Positions 58,801 through 64,000 of a stretch of 64,000 nucleotides of DNA are shown here, one piece after another. This DNA is from Microbotryum violaceum. Its lineage: Eukaryota. Location: NCBI GenBank assembly GCA_001244265.2, contig CDLV01000014.1, positions 744,001 to 808,000 of the forward strand. The letters are read 5' to 3'. Below the pieces are notes generated by a model, which worked only from the letters and a program-made list of their open reading frames with translations, had not been told where the DNA came from and did no database searches. Each line of letters starts with the position of its first letter. The stretch's first letter is position 1. The position numbers were made by a program, and so were the translations under genes.

Positions 58801-60826
58801 ATGTTGCTCGAACCTTCTTCCGTGCATCAGCATGTTGCGATAGCGTGCTATCCCACCAACTCGTTCGTTTCTCCCGCTTTCAAGCCGCTTCCGCTACCCC
58901 CATCCAGCTCGACCTTCCATGCGCCGGCTGCTCAGCCCTCTTACGGCACGTGCATTCAACAACAAGCTCAGAAACCACAGGCCTCGCGAGTGTCGACGAC
59001 CAGAGATGCGCCTCAACGCCCGGCACGTGTCGAACGATTCCTGCATAAGATGATGAGGTCAGTGCGCAATACTATCATCACGCAGCTGTACTCGCGGCGG
59101 CTAAGGCCGTGAGAACGCTCAAGCTCCGCCCACGCGGGCCAAGTCGTTTCCAGCCAACGAAGCTTCGCAAGGGGTCCGAGCTCAGTCAGGTCTTTCCTGT
59201 CTGACTCTGACTTTGGTTTTTCGGCTTGTTCCAGGTTGCTTCGACAGCCCGACGACGATGGGTTCGATATTCGCCCATACATTCATTGGGACTCAACAGG
59301 AAGGTAATTTTTGTTGAACTTCTTATGGCTATCGTAAGAGATACCTTGGCTCCGCTCCCCGTGTCCACTGAGCCGCCCAGTGAGGCGCCATTTCCCGAGG
59401 GAGCTCTTGAGGACCTCCTTTCCCTCGGCGCCGCGGAGTGATCAGCGCTTTCCCTCCGCGCAGCGTGCACGACGCGTCGGGGCAGGGCGCGCGGCTGGCA
59501 GCGGTCGTCGGCTGACGGAGCTTTGCTCGCTTTCCGTTCTCGATGGTTCATAGTGTCTTGGTGGTTCCCGACGAGCAAGCCCTTGCAAGCAATGTCTGTC
59601 GTCAACTTTTTTCTCAAAGCAACGTCTCGTCCTTCGTACGTCATCCCCTAGACCCCTATAATTTTCCTCCTGAACGGACCGAGTGCGAGACCTGAGCCGA
59701 CACTCGGCACATCTTTTTGGTGTCGTACGTCTGAGACGGGCTTGCTGATTAATATATTTTGTGGTCGCAGGACAAACAACTCAACAACTGGGGTTTCCTC
59801 CGGTACAAGCCATCCCCTTTCGATCCGCGTGACACGTCAGAATTCGCAAGGCTCGGTCCACGGTCTAGACTTTGGCAACACCAGTCTTTGACTCGAGACT
59901 CCACGGTCGAAGAGGTCTTTGCCGTCAAGCGTAAAGAGGATGGGATGTACAAGCGCCGATTGATGGGTTCGCGCTCGTGGTCGACCGGTAGCGACATCGC
60001 CGCCGGCCGAAATAACCTTGCACCGGTCGTCACTGCGGGAACGTATCCTCGCCGCTCGACTCGAACTCGCAATCGCCCTTTGAACATGCGGTTGCTCTGC
60101 ACTAGTGACGAAGATTCTAGCTCGGCCGAGGACGCGAGTCGGAACAAGCTCAAAGCTCTCCCAGCTCCGAAGCTAGGTCGAGTTTACTCGGCTCCACCCT
60201 GTACCAACAACCACCACGGACGAGGCACACCTTCGACGCTCAGGCGCGGTTCTTTGGACTCGGCCGTTCATCGCACTTTTCGCAAGGTCTCCTCGTTCGA
60301 TTCATTCGATTGCCTTTCGTCTCGGTCCCCTACAAGAGGCTCACCCCCTGAACCACAGCTCGGCCGCATTTCGAGCTCGGCCCCTCCTTCCCACTACACC
60401 TCCACGCCGTTCGGCCCGAGCTCATTCGAGTTGTCTGAAAGGTCACCTTATCGATGTAACCGTAGCATCACCTGCGATACCCCACATCCTATGCTACCCT
60501 CGACCCGTCCCGACGAGCTCCCCCACTTCTCGCCCTGGCGGCGCTGCGGATCGTCGGCACTGTCTCACTTTTACGACCTAACCGCGAGTGCCACGATCTT
60601 GGCGCCGCAACAGATCCGAAGATGTGTGACCCCGACTCGGAGTACTTGGAGCGCCGATGATACTCTTGATCACCCTGCGATCCCTTCTACTTCGGAGAAA
60701 CGTGCGTCACAGGAAATGGATGGCTATTCAGCGGCTGCATGCTTGGCGAAGCTGCACCTCGGAGCCCAGCATCACGCAGTTGAACACCTTCACTGTGGCC
60801 TGAAGCCGAGTGTGGCTGCAAGGTAG
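58801..60826 (+). CDS. Hypothetical protein, possibly a divergent HSF-type DNA-binding factor
   Basis: Exons with ERFLHKMM, RWVRYS and KQLNNWGF, resembling the HSF FL.KL..M / I.WS / RQLN.YGF motifs; Ser-rich tail. Confidence 0.45.
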
Positions 60827-63300
60827 TTTCTGAACCAAAATTATGCAGGGGAGCTTGGCGCGTCTCGTTCTATCCTCATCTGTCAGAGCGCGCCGGGAGC
60901 GCACTCCTATATCTGATCACCCCGCGGCTAAGCGTCCAACATTGCAAGCACAGCACAGACACTCCAAAGAAGGTACAAGTCATTATACCTAGATTGACGA
61001 TTTGTTCCTAAATTTCAGCTACTTTATAGAAGTGCAATGTAGACGTGTAAGGAAGCCAGCCACGAGAATTTTATGGCCGATACTAGTGAGGACAACAGCG
61101 AACGATCGTCAATAAGGACCTCATTGTTGAAGTCCCGAGGAACGAACACTCGCAGGTCACCGACGAGCCCCTTGGGGGGTGGGTTCAAGTTGCCGAGTTC
61201 CGCTGAATGTTAGAGTACATGCGATGTCTACAGGCCGGTAAGCGGGTATGTAGGCGGACAGGTAGCACCTCAGGCGTACCTTCAAAGTTACAGTATAGCG
61301 CGCGACCGCAAAGGCACACATGTCCTTTCCATTCTGGTCCATGGCGCCACCAGTCGTAAACACTTCCGAATCTTTCTTCAACTTTATCTGCTGGGGAACG
61401 GGGATCCTTTGTCTCCAATGGCTCCATTTGGCACAGGCTTCCCCACGAGGTCTCTTTCTGTCCCTGATCCATTAGTGGCGATCCCCCAATCTCATACGCC
61501 GAACGATTGGCTCAGACCGGCCGTATGAGTGCAACTGCCTCGAGACCGCTTTCACGTTCCAAGCTCTAAATATGGTCGAATCTTTCTGGTTTGTTGATCC
61601 GTCGTCCGTTGATGGGATGACCCAAGGGATGGATGATCATTATGGAAGATGCGGATGGGGGGATTCAGGCGGTCTGGCGTCTAGTTTGTAAATCGAGGTC
61701 AAATTCAGCGCAGTCCATGAGTCTTGTGTGGGCCGGTGCCAATCTATTCCCCTGCATGCGCACTTATCTAGGCTCGTGAGCCTCAATCACAATAGCAACG
61801 AGCAGCTCGACGAGTTCCGAGCATTGGCCGCACACGAGACCGGATCCGATAATCGCCTCTTCCACATAAAGGATTCATTTGCCGACAAGTGTTCTGCAGG
61901 TTTCGGACCAACACATTGAACCTGCCAAACCGGGCACCTACACTTGATCTTTTTTTTTGCGCATGATGGAAACTTTCAACAATAGCGCAACCAGGCAGCC
62001 AAGTATGACCCACAACCACGCCGGACTTGCTCATCCGCGCGGCAGAAACCGAAAGAGGCGATTGAGCGGTCGAGCGGGCGCCGACACCGTCCAAGAAGGT
62101 ACGTCGTTCAGCCTGATAGTCCAGAGAACGCCCTGCTCTTCCCTGATCCTCTAACACCTCCACTTATAAGCATGCCCATAATCTTAGAAAGTTGCTGACG
62201 ATAGCGCTGAGAAGCTCTGGCCGGGAAAATCGACGCGGCTCTTATGGCGTGCGTGTGTCGGCATAACGCTGTTTCCGAGATGTCCAACCTTGAGAGGAGC
62301 GGCGGTACGTACGTCTGTACCATCTTCACAAGATCATTGCAGTGTTAAATTACTGTCCTTCTCATTGAGGGTGGCTCGACATTTTAGGCTGTACTATGCA
62401 TTGGCTCTGATCAAGCACGTAGCAGAACAAGAACAACCCGAAGCCAGAATTGGGGCCATGTAAAACATTGCCTGCAACCTCAAGCATCACCTCCAGAAGG
62501 CGCGTATAGGTAGCCAATTCTCTCTTGTGGTCGACTCGACTGAACATACTCGTTTCTCGCCCTGTTTAGAGCGACGAGCAGTGCCTAAACGAGCCCTAGT
62601 TAGTGCCTAAATTGCCCCTCGTCTTGAATTTGCCACAAGTGTCTTGGCGCTTTCGCGCATCAATGGCCCTGTCAAGTCGAGCTGGACCCTCAATTTTTCC
62701 CCAACAAGTTCGGCTGCACCGATGGCGAAAGCGTCCAGGTATCATTCACTGCAGGTTATATCCGCCGAAAAGTGACTGCCGCCGAAAAGTAAACACCTCT
62801 CATCCGAGCAGCCTGCCGTACTCGGCGACTTGCTGTGAGCGTGTGCGGCCCCTAATGCTAACTCGGCTGGGATCTGTAAACGGTTTAGGCCACTGACGCA
62901 CGACCTGCGCCATGGGAACTGGGTGCGTGTAACGCCCGAAGATTGTCGTTGGCCACGTGACGTTCAATTATTAGCACAAGCTGCGAATTTCAGTATGAAG
63001 ACACGTAAGTCGCGACCACGGCTAAGTACCTATAAGATCGGCGGAGCTGACTGGAGTCACTGGGCGTTGGAGTCAAAGTCCGACTTCTGGGGTAGGTATC
63101 TCGGTAGCTAGGTAGGTAACGGCAGGTGGAGTCTTGCTATCCATCGTGACTTGCCCTGCCATCCGACCTGATCGACAGCACGCCGGGTTGCGCCCCCCCT
63201 GGGCCTGGGCCTGGTCCGCCCATCATCAAGGACGGCGGGCTTACTAACTTGAAGTTGGAAATCGATCAATTCGGGTCCCTAGGTACGCACGGGGGCCACC

Positions 63301-64000
63301 TTTTTTTTTTTTTTTTTATCTAATAGATTTCATTAACAGCATATCTATATTAATGCCTAAAAATCCTCGGAAAAGACGGAGGGAATGCAGTTAAGCACAC
63401 TGGCGAGGCCAGTAGTGTGGGACTCGTTGACCTTGGAACAAAATCAACCATACCCACTAAAACCCCCTTAGGCGGTTACAGCGAAACCAGTCGTCCCTTG
63501 GACTCCTGGATGGACGCGCGGAGCTCCTCAAATGCCGTTTCGGCGATCGGCTCCAGAGGATCCGACGAAAATCGACGGCGACGAGAGAGCTTCCAGATCG
63601 CGTGGAAGAAGAGTAGACGCAGCTCGACGGGTCGGCGTTCCGAGCGAGAAACGACCGGGCACACGAACTGAACAAAGTCGGGGTGTGGGATAGGAGTGAG
63701 CGCAGACCAGAGGCGGCGGGCAAACGGGCAACCGACCGCAAGGTGTGCCAGGGTCTCCGGAGCCTCCGACAGGCACATGACACATGCGGTAGATCGATTG
63801 TGGAGAGAACGGCTATTTGGAGAAGCGATTTGGCTACCTGGATGAAGTGAACCTAGGGAGAGGAGGTGGGCCGTGTCTTCGGCGTCCGAATGAACCCTGC
63901 GAATCTTGCGTAGCGCCTTCCACCAGGCATTCCAGCGTTGCTCGGGGAGACAGAAAACCCTCTGATGACCGAGAGGGAGGATAGGAGGGTAGAGGAAGGC
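63301..64000 (-). mobile_element. 3' end of a non-LTR (LINE) retrotransposon
   Basis: Open frame from the window edge to stop 63476 with zf-RVT-type CVMCLSEAPETLAHLAVGC..A..LW...IW; ~160-nt 3' UTR; 17-nt poly(A) tail (T run 63301-63317). Confidence 0.88.

Noticed and set aside
61100..63300. Short ORFs as genes
   Set aside because: No recognisable motifs or convincing splice chain; left unannotated.

Overview
Compact, intron-rich eukaryotic DNA, most consistent with a basidiomycete of the Pucciniomycotina (Microbotryum/Rhodotorula-like; an inference from gene style and TpCpG-biased mutation of repeats). Ordinary genes: GT77-like glycosyltransferase, 2OG-Fe(II) oxygenase, COX16, tubulin cofactor E, GH5 steryl/glucosylceramide glucosidase, Rpn14/PAAF1-like WD40, Mep/Amt ammonium transporter, GAR transformylase, Ede1-like EH protein, cytochrome b561, aspartic protease, R3H-SUZ protein, MCM4, a BTB protein and a possible HSF-like factor. 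A transposon-rich block (~14.6-29.7 kb) holds a full-length but mutated Ty1/copia, a decaying TauD + Dal5-family MFS gene pair, a second copia relic, LTR-like repeats and a hAT-like end. A LINE 3' end lies at the right edge. Standout: non-coding miniature LTR retroelements whose LTRs carry a 71-nt tRNA-like cloverleaf with Pol III A/B boxes. It occurs in two otherwise dissimilar LTRs (22.1-22.6 kb and 26.9-27.0 kb), with compensatory stem changes and an invariant, non-canonical GATTAAT 'anticodon' loop, suggesting a fungal, tRNA-based analogue of plant Cassandra TRIMs. Exon boundaries and alignments were read by eye; no searches were run.
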